From contig CAVPBK010000005.1 in NCBI GenBank assembly GCA_963701855.1, positions 160,001 to 224,000 on the forward strand: a DNA stretch of 64,000 nucleotides, in the 5' to 3' direction. The notes beneath the pieces were generated by a model. That model worked only from the letters and a program-made list of their open reading frames with translations. It did not search any database and had not been told where the DNA came from. The DNA is from Nitrospirota bacterium (lineage in GTDB: Bacteria; Nitrospirota; Nitrospiria; Nitrospirales; Nitrospiraceae). Numbering within the stretch: position 1 is the first letter of the stretch; every line of letters starts with the position of its first letter. A program made the position numbers and the translations under genes. Of this stretch, positions 26,605 to 38,297 are shown piece after piece.

Positions 26605-28668
26605 ATGACAGATTCAACCACACTAGCAGATCGTTTTCCGAACCGGCTCATTACAGAAGCCAGTCCCTATCTTCGGCAGCATGCGGAGAATCCGGTGGAG
26701 TGGTATCCCTGGGGCGAGGAAGCCTTGGCGCGGGCGAAAGCAGAGGACAAGCCGATTCTGTTGTCGATCGGCTACTCGGCCTGCCACTGGTGCCATGTCA
26801 TGGCCCATGAATGTTTCGAAAATGTCGAGATTGCCGGGCTGATGAACCAGGACTTCATCAATGTGAAGGTCGATCGAGAAGAGCGCCCGGACTTGGACGA
26901 TATCTACCAAAAGTCCTCGCAGGTGTTTTTGGGACGGGGCGGTGGATGGCCCCTGACGATGTTTCTGACGCCTGATCAAGAACCATTTTACGGGGGGACA
27001 TATTTCCCGCCAGCGCCCCGCTACAACCTGCCGGGATTTCCCGAGGTCTTGCGCGGTGTCGTCGAGGCCTATCGGAATCATCGAGACGATGTCCGCAAGA
27101 ATGTGGAGAAGGTGAAAGCTGGATTGCTGCGAGTCGGAACACCTCAGCCGTCGAACGATCCCTTGACGGATCGTTTGCTCGATGAGGCAGCCAAGAACTT
27201 AGGCCAGTTTTTCGATCCGATCCACGGCGGATTCGGTGAGGGACCGAAATTTCCGACGGTTCCCCCTCTCAGTCTGTTGCTGCGCCAGACGGCTCGGACG
27301 AAAGACGTCTCCCATCAAGAGCAGGCGCTGTTACAACTGAGAACCATGGCGGCTGGAGGAATCTACGATCATCTCGGCGGGGGGTTCCACCGTTATTCGG
27401 TGGATGGCCAGTGGTTGATTCCCCATTTCGAAAAGATGCTCTACGACAACGCGCAGCTGGTGCGGATTTATCTCGATGGATGGCGTCTCACGAAAGAGAA
27501 CCGCTTTCGTGAAGTGGTGGAAGAGACGTTGGAATACGTCCGTCGTGAACTCACGCATCCGGACGGTGCGTTCTTTGCTGCGCAGGATGCCGACAGCGAT
27601 GGGCACGAGGGAAGCTATTTCGTCTGGGAACCGGGAGAGATTGCCGCAGTGCTGGGGGCCGAAATGGCAGAGGAGTTCTGCCGGCACTATGGGGTGACGG
27701 AGAACGGCAATTTTGAAGGCAAGAACGTGTTGAATCGGCTCGGTGGGATTTCGCTCGCGCCCGATGCGCAAGAGGAAATGGAGTCTTTGTTGCGGCCTGC
27801 CAGGGTGAAGTTGCTTGCCATACGAGAGCAACGGATGAATCCGCAGCGGGATGACAACATTCTCACGAGCTGGAATGGGATGATGGTGTCCGCCTATCTC
27901 GACGCCTATCACGCGTTCGGGGTTCCCGCGTATCTAGCAGCGGCGGAACGGGCGCTCACATTCCTCGTGGACTATGCGGTCGAGAACGGGCGAGTCTATC
28001 GTACGGTCAGGGAGGGGAAGGGCCGTTTGAACGGCTATCTGGACGATGCTGCCTGTCTTGCAGCCGCGTTGCTGGACGCGTTTGAGGCCACGTCACATCG
28101 GTGGTATCTGGATCAAGCCCGTGAGATGACGGACCAACTGCTGGAGCGATATTGGGATGAGGCGGCGGGTGGGTGTTTTTATACCAGCCGCGATCACGAA
28201 GCCCTCCTTCATCGCATGAAGTCCGGGACCGACAGTGCGATTCCATCCGGCAATGCCGTTGTTGCTTCAGTCTTGCTGAGGCTGTTCTCATTCACCAGAG
28301 AGCAACGATATCATGATCGGGCGGCGCAGTTGTTCCGGGTGTTCCGAAACGCGATGGAGCACAACGCCTATGGCTCATCGGCTATGCTCTGCGCGTTGGA
28401 TTGGTACCTGACGACGTCACAAGAGATTGTTGTTGTCGGGACGCGTGGCGATGCGATGACCGAATCGTTGCTCTCAACTGTCCATCGACGCTATCTGCCG
28501 AATCATACCGTGCTGGTGGTCGAAGCCTCTCGCCGTGCCGGGGAATCCGAATTGGCGCCTGCAGTAGGGAAAGTGAGTGTGAATGGGCAGCCAACGGCAT
28601 ATGTCTGTCAACATCAGACCTGTTCGCCTCCGGTAACGGAACACCACCAATTGGACTTGTTATTGTAG
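26605..28668 (+). CDS. YyaL-like thioredoxin plus six-hairpin glycosidase-fold protein
   Basis: [30 protein letters not shown]; start 26605 or 26578. Confidence 0.93.
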   Translation: MTDSTTLADRFPNRLITEASPYLRQHAENPVEWYPWGEEALARAKAEDKPILLSIGYSACHWCHVMAHECFENVEIAGLMNQDFINVKVDREERPDLDDIYQKSSQVFLGRGGGWPLTMFLTPDQEPFYGGTYFPPAPRYNLPGFPEVLRGVVEAYRNHRDDVRKNVEKVKAGLLRVGTPQPSNDPLTDRLLDEAAKNLGQFFDPIHGGFGEGPKFPTVPPLSLLLRQTARTKDVSHQEQALLQLRTMAAGGIYDHLGGGFHRYSVDGQWLIPHFEKMLYDNAQLVRIYLDGWRLTKENRFREVVEETLEYVRRELTHPDGAFFAAQDADSDGHEGSYFVWEPGEIAAVLGAEMAEEFCRHYGVTENGNFEGKNVLNRLGGISLAPDAQEEMESLLRPARVKLLAIREQRMNPQRDDNILTSWNGMMVSAYLDAYHAFGVPAYLAAAERALTFLVDYAVENGRVYRTVREGKGRLNGYLDDAACLAAALLDAFEATSHRWYLDQAREMTDQLLERYWDEAAGGCFYTSRDHEALLHRMKSGTDSAIPSGNAVVASVLLRLFSFTREQRYHDRAAQLFRVFRNAMEHNAYGSSAMLCALDWYLTTSQEIVVVGTRGDAMTESLLSTVHRRYLPNHTVLVVEASRRAGESELAPAVGKVSVNGQPTAYVCQHQTCSPPVTEHHQLDLLL

Positions 28669-28678
28669 GGAGGGTGCT

Positions 28679-28933
28679 ATGGGCGCAGGTAACTCTGGTA
28701 AAGGATTATACGATCACCTCTACCGCCGATTCTTCGAGAATCGCGAGTCGCACCAGGGCTACGATTTTCAACATGCGCCTGGTGGAAGCTCTCCAACACC
28801 AGGCGTCACATTTCCGGATCGTCTTCGATGGTGGGCGTGGGGTCGATGGAAACGCCGAAAGGTCATCATGGCTGCCCGTGACCGGTTCCAACAAGACATT
28901 CTCGATATCAAAAAACGACCACTAATAAAGTAA
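28679..28933 (+). CDS. Hypothetical protein
   Basis: GGAGGG RBS; 10 nt after upstream stop. Confidence 0.55.
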   Translation: MGAGNSGKGLYDHLYRRFFENRESHQGYDFQHAPGGSSPTPGVTFPDRLRWWAWGRWKRRKVIMAARDRFQQDILDIKKRPLIK

Positions 28934-28975
28934 GAAAAGACTCAGAAGATGGTTGCGAATAAACGCGGTATCAGC

Positions 28976-29756
28976 GTGAAGTCTAGGTATATCGGCAGGG
29001 TTTCTCTTGTGCTTGTGTTGGCCATAATCTCCAGTTGAGTGGAGCGTCTGTACCGAGCGGTCCCACGCGATTCAGGCAGAGAGCCGGACGGAAAAAGAAG
29101 CCAATCTGAAAGGTCAGGCCCAAGGAGGATTGTTTAATCGGTGGACCTTCGACCAACAAAAATCTGGTGAGGCTCCTGCAGGATTTTCAATGTTGGGATT
29201 TGGCGAGGGGCCGGCTGCGGACTGGATGGTCAAGGCGGATACTGATGCCCCTTCAGCGTCGAACATTCTGGCCGTAACGTCATCATGCCTGGCCGTAAGT
29301 TGTTACCGTATGATCGTTGCTGAGGGGTTTCAGTATGAATATCCGGATCTGTCGGTCAGGATGCGGTTTCCCATCGATGCTGGGGCGGGAGTGGGTGGCG
29401 TAGTATTTGGGCTAAAAGATGCCAGGCACTTCTATGCGGTGGTGGTCGATCTTGCGGCGAAGACGCTGGAAGTGATTCGGGTGGTGGATGGAACCGAGAC
29501 ACGGCTCGATCGGTCGTCGATCACGCCCAAAGCGCTTCCCTGGCATATGCTGCGGATTCAGCGGAACACCATCATCAGCAAGGACTTTATCGAAACATTC
29601 TTCGACGGGCAGCTCGCCGTGACGGTTGAGGATCAATCTCTGGCGACCGGTCAAGTCGGACTCCTGGTTCGCGGACCAAATGCGCTGGATTTCGACAGCT
29701 TGCACGCCGTTCCACTTTTTTCTCATCGCCCGCTTTCTGATCCTGCTGCCTATTAG
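28976..29756 (+). CDS. Secreted beta-rich (ConA-like) protein; signal peptide apparently frameshifted near 29033
   Basis: MKSRYIGRVSLVLVLAIISS* in one frame; SHA-IQAES...LFNRWTFD continues in the +1 frame. Confidence 0.55.
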
Positions 29757-30022
29757 CAGGACGCACGGCATCATGCGTGTTTGCGTTGTCGCTTGCATTT
29801 GGAGGGGCTGAGGAGTAGAGTACGGCTCGTGTGTCATCGCGAAAGGCCTGGTGGTGATACCACAGAGAGAGACAAGGCCTAAGACAGTTGTTGTTTTGGT
29901 TCTGCCCGGGAATTTGATCGGAAGCCAGCCTTGAGCCGCCATGGTGTTTGCATCTTCGGCCCACTCCTTCCTCACTTTGTTCTCGAGTCCAAGACAACAC
30001 ATATTCTCAAAGGAGGAGCCCA

Positions 30023-30334
30023 ATGGGTTCGAAGATTTATGTCGGTGGTTTGCCGTATTCTACAACTGAGCAGCAACTGAGCGATCTGTTTGCTGTGCAT
30101 GGAGCGGTGACATCATCCAGGATTATCACAGATAAGTTCACTGGCCAATCCCGCGGGTTTGGATTCGTGGAGATGTCCGGGGATTCAGAAGCGCAGGCGG
30201 CGATTACCGCGCTTAACGGCACTGAGTTGGGCGGTCGCACGTTGACCGTCAACGAAGCACGTCCCCAGGAGCCACGGACTGGCGGCGGCGGTGGTGGTCG
30301 CGGCGGTCGCGGCGGCGGTGGAGACCGGTACTAA
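30023..30334 (+). CDS. RRM RNA-binding protein with Gly-rich tail
   Basis: IYVGGL (RNP2), RGFGFVEM (RNP1); AGGAGG RBS. Confidence 0.96.
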   Translation: MGSKIYVGGLPYSTTEQQLSDLFAVHGAVTSSRIITDKFTGQSRGFGFVEMSGDSEAQAAITALNGTELGGRTLTVNEARPQEPRTGGGGGGRGGRGGGGDRY

Positions 30335-30357
30335 GCCGTAACGAGTGGTTTACACGT

Positions 30358-30390
30358 CGGGGCTGCCTATCCGGCAGCCCCGCTATTTCC
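30358..30390 (+). terminator. Stem-loop after RRM gene
   Basis: CGGGGCTGCC-tatcc-GGCAGCCCCG, weak T tail. Confidence 0.6.
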
Positions 30391-30483
30391 TTCCTAGAAT
30401 TGCCCATCAACGTGATGTGTTTCTCGGCCCTCTACCAGGCCGGACCGTGCAGTCCCAGGAAGTGTTTCCTTACAAGGAGTCTT

Positions 30484-31821
30484 ATGTCTACGTTTGCTGA
30501 TATGAATCTACCCCAGTCCCTTGCCCAGCGCCTGATACAGGCAGGCCTAACGACACCCACGCCGGTGCAACAGGCTGCCATTCCACTAGCACTGAAAGGC
30601 CAGGACATTATGGCGCAAGCCAAAACCGGGAGTGGAAAAACACTGGCGTTTTTGCTGCCGATTATTGAGCAGGTTATGCGACGGGAGGCCTCTGCGCCCG
30701 CGCCTGGTCCCTATACCAGGTCTGGACCGAGCCACGCGTCTGGACCGAAGTTTTTGGTGCTGGCGCCCACACGGGAGTTGGCGCTTCAGATCGAAATGGA
30801 GTTACGCAAGTATGCTCCGATATCCGTGACCTCGTTGTCGGTCTACGGCGGGACGCCGATCGAGCGCCATTACCGCGCACTGCAACGACCGCCTATGGTG
30901 GTGGTCGGTACGCCAGGGCGGTTGCTCGACTTGGCTGGTTCTGGCCACTTGAAGTTGGGTGGCGTAACGTTTCTTGTGATGGACGAAGCTGATCAGATGT
31001 TGGATCGCGGGTTTCTTCGGGACATCCAACGGATTATCCGTCTACTGCCGGTTGAACGTCAGACGCTGTTGTTCTCCGCGACGTTTTCGGGGGAGATTCA
31101 AACGCTCGCGCAGACCATGCAGCGCAATCCTGCTCGTATCTCTGTCGATCCAGGGATCAGCACGCCGACCACGATCGTGCATGCCTACTATGTTGTGCCG
31201 GGAGATCAGGCGCGTACGCAACTTGTGCATACGTTGCTTCAGAGCGTGACGGGTGGGGGACGATCAATGGTGTTTTGCGATCAAAAGTATAAGGTGCGAC
31301 GGTTGGCGGCCCACTTGGGTGGAGAACCGGCTTCGGTCGGTGCGTTGACCGGCAATCACAGCCAGGCGCAGCGTGAACGGACACTCGGCGCTTTTCGGGC
31401 CGGTCGTCTCCGTTCACTCGTGGCGACCGATGTGGCAGCCAGAGGCCTCGATATTCAAGATGTGGCCCAGGTGATTCACTATGAGTTGCCGACTAATCCA
31501 AATTCTTACGTTCATCGGACGGGACGAACGGGTCGAGCAGAAAAGGAAGGGGCGACATACTTGATTCTGTCTCAGTCAGAAGAGCGAGAGTACCTGCAAA
31601 TGGTGAGGCAGTTACGAATCGAGACGAAGAAACTCGCGCTTCCGGTGTTGGTTGCCCTCCCATCTCCGGCCCCTCTATCGGTCGGCGAGCAGCAGGCTCC
31701 TCGCCACCGGCCCCGCCGAAGTGCCGAACCGTCTGGTCGGCGATTCCGCGAGGGGGAGAACCGTGGATCGGCTCATAGGCCGGGAGCATCGGTCGGTGGA
31801 ACCAGGCACTCACGATATTAA
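30484..31821 (+). CDS. DEAD-box RNA helicase (RhlE-like)
   Basis: TGSGKT, PTRELA, DEAD, SAT, HRTGRTGR. Confidence 0.95.
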   Translation: MSTFADMNLPQSLAQRLIQAGLTTPTPVQQAAIPLALKGQDIMAQAKTGSGKTLAFLLPIIEQVMRREASAPAPGPYTRSGPSHASGPKFLVLAPTRELALQIEMELRKYAPISVTSLSVYGGTPIERHYRALQRPPMVVVGTPGRLLDLAGSGHLKLGGVTFLVMDEADQMLDRGFLRDIQRIIRLLPVERQTLLFSATFSGEIQTLAQTMQRNPARISVDPGISTPTTIVHAYYVVPGDQARTQLVHTLLQSVTGGGRSMVFCDQKYKVRRLAAHLGGEPASVGALTGNHSQAQRERTLGAFRAGRLRSLVATDVAARGLDIQDVAQVIHYELPTNPNSYVHRTGRTGRAEKEGATYLILSQSEEREYLQMVRQLRIETKKLALPVLVALPSPAPLSVGEQQAPRHRPRRSAEPSGRRFREGENRGSAHRPGASVGGTRHSRY

Positions 31822-31837
31822 GATATTAAAGGGTCTT

Positions 31838-31872
31838 GACGCCACCGGGCCTGGAAATGGACCGGTGGCGTC
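31838..31872 (+). terminator. Stem-loop after helicase gene
   Basis: GACGCCACCGG...CCGGTGGCGTC. Confidence 0.55.
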
Positions 31873-31958
31873 CCACCTGCCTGTCAGAGTGTGACCTGCA
31901 CCCGCAGTTGTGCTCAGTGCTGTTTCCGATGGTAAGATAACGGCCGGAAGGTCGTCCC

Positions 31959-33962
31959 ATGCCACCGTTTCAACTCGAAGCCCCATTCAAGCCCTGCGGA
32001 GATCAAGGCCAGGCCATCGATAAGCTGGTGGCTGGGATTGCTGCTGGCCGGAGGCACCAAGCGCTGCTCGGTGTCACTGGATCCGGCAAGACTTTTACCA
32101 TGGCCAATGTGGTTGCGCAGGTGCAGAAGCCCACGCTGGTTCTGGTCCATAACAAGACGTTGGCCGGTCAGCTTTATCAAGAGTTCAAGCAGTTCTTCCC
32201 CCGCAATGCGGTGGAGTATTTCGTCAGTTACTACGATTACTACCAGCCGGAAGCCTATATTCCCCAAAGCAATACGTACATTGCCAAGGACGCATCCGTC
32301 AACGATGCGATCGATCAGATGCGGCATGCGGCAACGGCCGCGTTGCTTCAACGGGATGATGTGCTGATCGTTTCGTCGGTCTCCTGTATTTACGGCTTGG
32401 GGTCGCCTGAGGTCTATCACGAGATGGTGGTATTCCTCGAAGAGGGAATGGAGATTCGGCGGGAGAAGATACTGGCTAAACTGGTCGAGATTCAATATGC
32501 CCGCAACGATATGGATTTCCACCGTGGAACCTTTCGTGCACGGGGCAACGTCATTGAGATTTTTCCAGCTTCGAATGACGCAGTGTCCGTGCGGATTGAG
32601 TTATTCGGTGACGTGGTGGACGCGATTCACGAAATTGATCCACTCACAGGGAAGTCGCTCAAGAAGCTTCCGAAAGTCGCGGTATATCCAAACACGCACT
32701 ATCTCATTGCGCCGGACCGGTATGAACGGGCGATTACAGGTATTGAGGAAGAATTAGATGAGCGTGTTGGCTATTTCAAGAAACAGAATCAGTTTGTGGA
32801 GGCCCAGCGGATTGCGCAACGCACCAAGTTCGACCTTGAAATGATTCGGGCGATGGGATATTGCCATGGCATCGAGAATTACTCGCGGCATCTCAGTGGC
32901 CGCGCCCCCGGTGAACAGCCTCCGACGCTCATCGACTATTTTCCCAAAGACTTTCTGCTGATCGTCGACGAGTCCCATGCGACGATTCCCCAGGTGGGTG
33001 GGATGTACGAGGGTGACTATTCGCGGAAGCGCACATTGGTCGAGTACGGGTTCCGGTTGCCCTCGGCGATTGATAACCGGCCGCTTAAATTCTCGGAATT
33101 TGAGCATTGTCTCACTCAGGCGGTGTATGTCTCTGCGACACCAGGCTCCTATGAGTTGGGGCATACGGTTGGAGAGGTGGTCGAGCAGATTCTCCGCCCG
33201 ACTGGCCTGATGGATCCGGTTATCGACGTGCGCCCGGCCAAAGGGCAGGTGGACCATCTCCTCGGCGAAGTGCGGGCCGAAGTGGCACAGGGGGGGCGTG
33301 TGCTGGTCACCACCTTGACTAAGAGGATGGCGGAAGACTTGAGCGAGTACTACCACGATCTTGGGATCAAGGTGCGATATCTGCACTCGGACATCAAGAC
33401 GCTGGAGCGGGCTGAGATCATACGCGATCTGCGGCGCGGGGTGTTTGATGTGCTGGTGGGGATCAACCTCCTGCGTGAAGGGCTGGATCTTCCCGAGGTC
33501 ACCCTGGTGGCGATTCTCGATGCGGATAAGGAAGGGTATCTTCGGTCCTATCGGTCGTTGATTCAAACTGCTGGACGGGCAGCGAGGAACGTGCGGGGCC
33601 ATGTGATTATGTACGGCGATGCCGTCACTGATTCTATGCAAATGGCACTCGCCGAAACTAGCCGCCGCCGCACGATTCAGGCTGACTATAACCTTAGACA
33701 TGGGATTGTGCCTACGAGCATCAAGAAGGACGTTCTGTCACTCGAATATCCCACGACGGAAGTGGACGATATGCAACTGGATTTGGCCGCGGAGTCGCCG
33801 GCCATCTACGGAGCAGAGGAAGCGACCAAACAAATTATCAATCGGCTGGAAACGGAAATGAAAGCTGCCGCCAAGGAGTTGAAGTTTGAACGGGCCGCAG
33901 TCCTACGGAACCGGATTCGAGCATTGAAGTTGAAAGAGTTAGAGTTGAAGCCGGAGGTTTAG
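31959..33962 (+). CDS. uvrB: Excinuclease ABC subunit B
   Basis: [23 protein letters not shown]-terminal UVR domain. Confidence 0.98.
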   Translation: MPPFQLEAPFKPCGDQGQAIDKLVAGIAAGRRHQALLGVTGSGKTFTMANVVAQVQKPTLVLVHNKTLAGQLYQEFKQFFPRNAVEYFVSYYDYYQPEAYIPQSNTYIAKDASVNDAIDQMRHAATAALLQRDDVLIVSSVSCIYGLGSPEVYHEMVVFLEEGMEIRREKILAKLVEIQYARNDMDFHRGTFRARGNVIEIFPASNDAVSVRIELFGDVVDAIHEIDPLTGKSLKKLPKVAVYPNTHYLIAPDRYERAITGIEEELDERVGYFKKQNQFVEAQRIAQRTKFDLEMIRAMGYCHGIENYSRHLSGRAPGEQPPTLIDYFPKDFLLIVDESHATIPQVGGMYEGDYSRKRTLVEYGFRLPSAIDNRPLKFSEFEHCLTQAVYVSATPGSYELGHTVGEVVEQILRPTGLMDPVIDVRPAKGQVDHLLGEVRAEVAQGGRVLVTTLTKRMAEDLSEYYHDLGIKVRYLHSDIKTLERAEIIRDLRRGVFDVLVGINLLREGLDLPEVTLVAILDADKEGYLRSYRSLIQTAGRAARNVRGHVIMYGDAVTDSMQMALAETSRRRTIQADYNLRHGIVPTSIKKDVLSLEYPTTEVDDMQLDLAAESPAIYGAEEATKQIINRLETEMKAAAKELKFERAAVLRNRIRALKLKELELKPEV

Positions 33963-34035
33963 GTCTCGGAAGGATTATTCCTGCATAGCAGCGTTTCAGT
34001 AGCCTGTATGTCTGAGGGAAGAGGAGAGTGTCTCG

Positions 34036-34160
34036 CAGGATGCTCAAAAAGACCGTTCAGCTAGGCCGCAACTGACGGAAGCACCGGAGGCGTACCCCCC
34101 TGGCTACGTTGAGGATGCTTTCGAGGCGAGAACGACGCTGGCGGATTTTTCAGCATCCTG
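34036..34160. mobile_element. MITE family A
   Basis: CAGGATGCTCAAAAA...TTTTTCAGCATCCTG, abutting the minus-strand TAG at 34161-34163. Confidence 0.85.
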
Positions 34161-34418
34161 CTACACGTTTTTGTACAGATAGATGCCCAGAAACATCCCA
34201 AGGAGACTGAGAAGGTTGATTTTTAGCTCGAAGCCCAGAGTGAACTTGAAGAGGATCAGATCAATGGTGAACGGGCTGATGCCTGGGCTAAAATTGGTGG
34301 CGAAGACCGATTGAATTGTGCCGTGAGGGGCCATGACCCGAAGGATCTCTCCCAGTACTCCGCCCAATAGTCCACCGATGAGAACGAAAATGAGTAGAAC
34401 CCAGTATGATTTTCTCAC
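34161..34418 (-). CDS. DUF4321-like small membrane protein
   Basis: GTG start, RKSYWVLLIFVLIGGLLGGVLGE...INLLSLLG. Confidence 0.75.
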   Translation of the reverse strand: MRKSYWVLLIFVLIGGLLGGVLGEILRVMAPHGTIQSVFATNFSPGISPFTIDLILFKFTLGFELKINLLSLLGMFLGIYLYKNV

Positions 34419-34649
34419 GGCACCCGCCTTACAACTCTCATAACCCTCTGTGTAGTCTCGTAGAAACGATGGTAGGACTATCGGGACCATAGCGAAAGGC
34501 CAGGGACATGTCAATAAAATGTGCGTCTCTCTTTCCCTTGACTTCATCTTGCTTCGTCCTTTAGACTCCCCGATGCTCTTTTGCTAGAATTTTCGAGGTG
34601 ATCGGAGATCTGAGGGTAAGGCTTCGATTGCCTTTTTCTTTGTGGCGCT

Positions 34650-35996
34650 ATGCTGGATTCTCTCAGCGAAAAATTCGAGAAGATTTTAAAGAAACTGCGC
34701 GGTTCCGGGGTTCTCACTGAACAGAACATCGCAGAGGCCTTGAAAGAGGTTCGTCTTGCGCTGCTCGAAGCCGACGTCAACTTCAAGATCGTCAAGGACT
34801 TCATAGAGCGGGTTCGCGAGAAAGCTGTTGGGCAGGAAGTCCTCCAGAGTTTGACCCCTGGGCATCAGGTCGTCAAGGTCGTGTGGGACGAGCTGCGGGA
34901 GATGATGGGCCGTGAGCGAGCCGGTTTGGCTCTGGCCTCGAATCCTCCTACCGTCGTCATGATGGTGGGACTCCAAGGTGCAGGAAAGACGACGACTTGC
35001 GGCAAGCTCGGGCGGTATTTCAAGGCGCAAGGGAAACGGGTTCTGTTAGTTGCGGCAGACCCTCGTCGTCCTGCAGCCGGTGACCAGTTATCGAGTCTAG
35101 GGCGCGATCTTGTGATCGACGTGTATCGAGCCGATCAGGTACAAGCGGTCCAGGCCGATGTTGTCCGCATCTGCCGGGCTGGTGTGGAGCGGGGTCGAGA
35201 CCAGGGGTACGATCTTGTCGTGCTGGACACCGGTGGACGTCTCCATATCGACGATGAGTTGATGGGAGAGTTGGTGGCGGTGAAAACCGCCGTGCAGCCG
35301 CACGAAATCCTCTTAGTGGCAGATGCCATGACGGGCCAAGATGCGGTCACGATGGCGAGCCAGTTCGATCAACGCATCGGACTGACTGGTGTCATTCTGA
35401 CCAAGGTTGAAGGTGATGCCCGGGGCGGGGCGGTGCTGTCTATCCGGGCGGTAACCGGCAAGCCGATCAAGTTTTTGGGCGTGGGTGAGAAGCTCGATGC
35501 GCTTGAGTTGTTTCATCCCGATCGGATGGCCTCGCGCATCCTCGGAATGGGCGATGTGCTCTCGCTGATCGAAAAGGCTCAAGAGACCTTTTCGCGTGAG
35601 CAGGCAGAGGAGACGCAAAAACGGCTGACCAGCAACACGCTCACGCTGGAGGATTTTCGTGCTCAGCTAGGGCAGGTCAACCGCCTGGGTTCGATGGACC
35701 AGATTTTAGGCATGCTGCCGGGCGGCCAGAAGCTCAAAGGGGCGATGGAAGGGCAGATGCCGGAGCGAGAAATGAAACGAGTGTTAGCCATGATCGATTC
35801 GATGACCGTACGCGAGCGGCGCGATCATACGCTCATCAATGGAAACCGAAAAAAGCGGATTGCCCGCGGAAGCGGGACTAAGGTTGAAGAGGTGAATCGG
35901 TTGATTAAACAGTTTCTGTCGGCGAGAAAAATCGCCAAAGTTATGGCAGGATCGGGGGGGCGCCGGCAGCTTGCGCAGCTTATGCGCTCCAGGTAA
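34650..35996 (+). CDS. ffh: Signal recognition particle protein
   Basis: ALLEADV, GLQGAGKTT, DTGGR, M domain. Confidence 0.97.
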   Translation: MLDSLSEKFEKILKKLRGSGVLTEQNIAEALKEVRLALLEADVNFKIVKDFIERVREKAVGQEVLQSLTPGHQVVKVVWDELREMMGRERAGLALASNPPTVVMMVGLQGAGKTTTCGKLGRYFKAQGKRVLLVAADPRRPAAGDQLSSLGRDLVIDVYRADQVQAVQADVVRICRAGVERGRDQGYDLVVLDTGGRLHIDDELMGELVAVKTAVQPHEILLVADAMTGQDAVTMASQFDQRIGLTGVILTKVEGDARGGAVLSIRAVTGKPIKFLGVGEKLDALELFHPDRMASRILGMGDVLSLIEKAQETFSREQAEETQKRLTSNTLTLEDFRAQLGQVNRLGSMDQILGMLPGGQKLKGAMEGQMPEREMKRVLAMIDSMTVRERRDHTLINGNRKKRIARGSGTKVEEVNRLIKQFLSARKIAKVMAGSGGRRQLAQLMRSR

Positions 35997-36043
35997 GAGG
36001 CAAGAACTATCATCACGGGTGTGTACACAGGAGGAGGAATCTA

Positions 36044-36328
36044 GTGGCTGTTCATTTGAGATTGACGAGGACAGGACGACACAAGCGACCGCTCTACCGT
36101 GTCGTGGCAGCAGATTCCCGGAAGCCGCGCGACGGGCGGTTCCTGGAAATTCTCGGGATTTTCGATCCCTTGAAGGAGCCGGCTGTGCCGGAGTTGAAGC
36201 AGGAACGGGTGTTGAACTGGTTGCACCAGGGTGCCCAGCCGACCGTTACGGTCAGGACGTTGCTCCGCCGATGTGGCGTATGGAAACAGTTTGAGGCGGA
36301 GAAGGCTGCGAAGAAGAAGGGCGCTTAA
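36044..36328 (+). CDS. rpsP: 30S ribosomal protein S16
   Basis: YRVVAADSRKPRDGRFLE, GAQPT. Confidence 0.97.
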   Translation: MAVHLRLTRTGRHKRPLYRVVAADSRKPRDGRFLEILGIFDPLKEPAVPELKQERVLNWLHQGAQPTVTVRTLLRRCGVWKQFEAEKAAKKKGA

Positions 36329-36331
36329 GAC

Positions 36332-36868
36332 ATGACGACCGCGCAGACGGATTTGGTGACGATCGGCAAGATCGAGCGCCACTTTGGTGTACGAGGCGAG
36401 TTCAAAGTTCGGTCGCTGACCGATGTGCCAGGACGGTTGGATCATCTGAAGCAGGTGCAGGTCTTGGAGATGACGGGACAGATGGTTGAGAGGACCGTGA
36501 CGCATGTTCGGCGCGCCGGCTCGACCTATATCATGGGTCTTGCTGGTGTGACGACGCCGGAAGGAGCCGGCATGCTGCGCGGGGGCTTGATTCAAGTGCC
36601 GCGTGTTCCAGCGTCGGCGCTGTCTACGGACGTCTATTTCGAATATGACCTTATCGGGATGACGGTCGAGAACGAGCGGGGCGACGAGGTCGGAGTGTTG
36701 GAGGAAATTTGGGAGATACCGGACAATCGCGTTTTCGTCGTTCACAAGGGTACGGAGGAAGTTCTTATTCCGGCCGCGAAGAGCTTTGTGACCTCGGTGG
36801 ATCTCCAGCGTCGTCGGATGATGGTTCGCGGAATCGACGACTTGATTCAGGATCGCCATGCGCTGTGA
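36332..36868 (+). CDS. rimM: 16S rRNA processing protein RimM
   Basis: IGKI..HFGVRGE, DLIG, LIPA; synteny. Confidence 0.93.
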   Translation: MTTAQTDLVTIGKIERHFGVRGEFKVRSLTDVPGRLDHLKQVQVLEMTGQMVERTVTHVRRAGSTYIMGLAGVTTPEGAGMLRGGLIQVPRVPASALSTDVYFEYDLIGMTVENERGDEVGVLEEIWEIPDNRVFVVHKGTEEVLIPAAKSFVTSVDLQRRRMMVRGIDDLIQDRHAL

Positions 36869-37640
36869 CATTTTGACCCTGTTTCCTGACATGGTAGCGC
36901 CGGTGCTCGGCCAGAGTATTCTCAAGCGGGCGCAGGAAAAAGGCCTTTTAGCTATTAAGGTGCACAACTTGCGCGACTATACGCTTGATCGCCACAAGGT
37001 GGCGGATGATGTGCCTTATGGCGGAGGGGCAGGGATGGTAATGAAGGCCGAGCCAATTTTGCGCGCGGTGGAAGAGATTCAGGACGACTATGCGCGGGCG
37101 GGTGAACAGATTCGATTGCTGTTTCCCTCCCCGCACGGCCGTCCGTTCACGCAGGCCTATGCGAAAAATCTTGCGGCAGATCCACGTCGACTCGTTATCC
37201 TCTGTGGCCACTACGAGGGGGTTGATGAACGAGTACGGATTGCCTTGCACCCTGAAGAAATTTCCGTCGGGGATTATGTATTGACCGGAGGCGAGTTGCC
37301 GGCGCTGGTGCTCATCGATGCCGCAGCCCGTTTGGTTCCCGGCGTGTTGGGTGATCCGGAGTCGATCGTGGAAGAATCGTTCACGGATGGGCTGCTTGAA
37401 TATCCGCACTATACGAGACCGGCGGAGGTTCGAGGGGTGCCCGTGCCGGAGGTGTTGCTTTCAGGACATCACGAGGCCATTCGTCTGTGGCGTCGGAAGG
37501 AGGCCCTGCGAAGTACGTATCAGAGACGGCCGGATCTTTTGCAAGATCGGGCCTTGAGTCTCGAAGATCAACAATTGCTAGATGAACTTACTCGTGAAGG
37601 TGTGGCTGGCACGCCTGTTCGATGTGGGGAGGAGGGGTAG
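36858..37640 (+). CDS. trmD: tRNA (guanine-N1)-methyltransferase
   Basis: [28 protein letters not shown]. Confidence 0.97.
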   Translation: MRCDILTLFPDMVAPVLGQSILKRAQEKGLLAIKVHNLRDYTLDRHKVADDVPYGGGAGMVMKAEPILRAVEEIQDDYARAGEQIRLLFPSPHGRPFTQAYAKNLAADPRRLVILCGHYEGVDERVRIALHPEEISVGDYVLTGGELPALVLIDAAARLVPGVLGDPESIVEESFTDGLLEYPHYTRPAEVRGVPVPEVLLSGHHEAIRLWRRKEALRSTYQRRPDLLQDRALSLEDQQLLDELTREGVAGTPVRCGEEG

Positions 37641-37644
37641 TCTC

Positions 37645-38067
37645 ATGAATCGGTTGGAACGTATTCAACAGTCTTTCACGAAGAAGGCGGCGCCTAGTTT
37701 TGAAATTGGAGACACCGTCCGAGTACATGTGAAAGTGGTCGAAGGGGAAAAAGAGCGCATTCAGGTCTTCGAAGGTGCGGTGATCGCTCGTAAAGGGTTG
37801 CTGAACACGGAGACCTTCACGGTGCGCAAAGTCTCCTACGGCGTCGGCGTAGAACGAATTTTCCCGCTCCATTCGCCGATCGTCACGCGCGTTGAGGTTA
37901 TGCGCCAAGGCAAGGTACGTCGGGCCAAGCTGTATTATCTCCGGGGGAAGAAGGGCAAGTTTGCCAAAGTCGAAGATCGGGAGTTCGTCGCGAGTGTGAA
38001 GGGGCAGTCGGGGGGATCCCGTAAGGCCGAAGAGCCGGTCGGAGCCGCCTCGGCTTCGAAGACATAA
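37645..38067 (+). CDS. rplS: 50S ribosomal protein L19
   Basis: [24 protein letters not shown]. Confidence 0.97.
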   Translation: MNRLERIQQSFTKKAAPSFEIGDTVRVHVKVVEGEKERIQVFEGAVIARKGLLNTETFTVRKVSYGVGVERIFPLHSPIVTRVEVMRQGKVRRAKLYYLRGKKGKFAKVEDREFVASVKGQSGGSRKAEEPVGAASASKT

Positions 38068-38223
38068 CAGGCTGCTGAAAAACCATCCCGCAGGATATCC
38101 GCTCGAGCCACGCGAGACTGGCGGGAAAGGCGAGACACTCGACATCAGGACATGCCGTCGCGCCTGTCTTGCTATTCGTGCCAGTCACGCGCTTGAGAAA
38201 CTGGCGGACTTTTTAGCACCCTG
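38068..38223. mobile_element. MITE A ends with a different, GC-rich 9-mer-like interior
   Basis: TA-ACAGGCTGCTGAAAAA...TTTTTAGCACCCTGC-TA. Confidence 0.8.
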
Positions 38224-38297
38224 CTAGTCTCATTCCCTGGTTCCGCCGACCATGGCTGTCGGGTGCCCTTTCAACGGACGCATCGCGGAGCCACATC

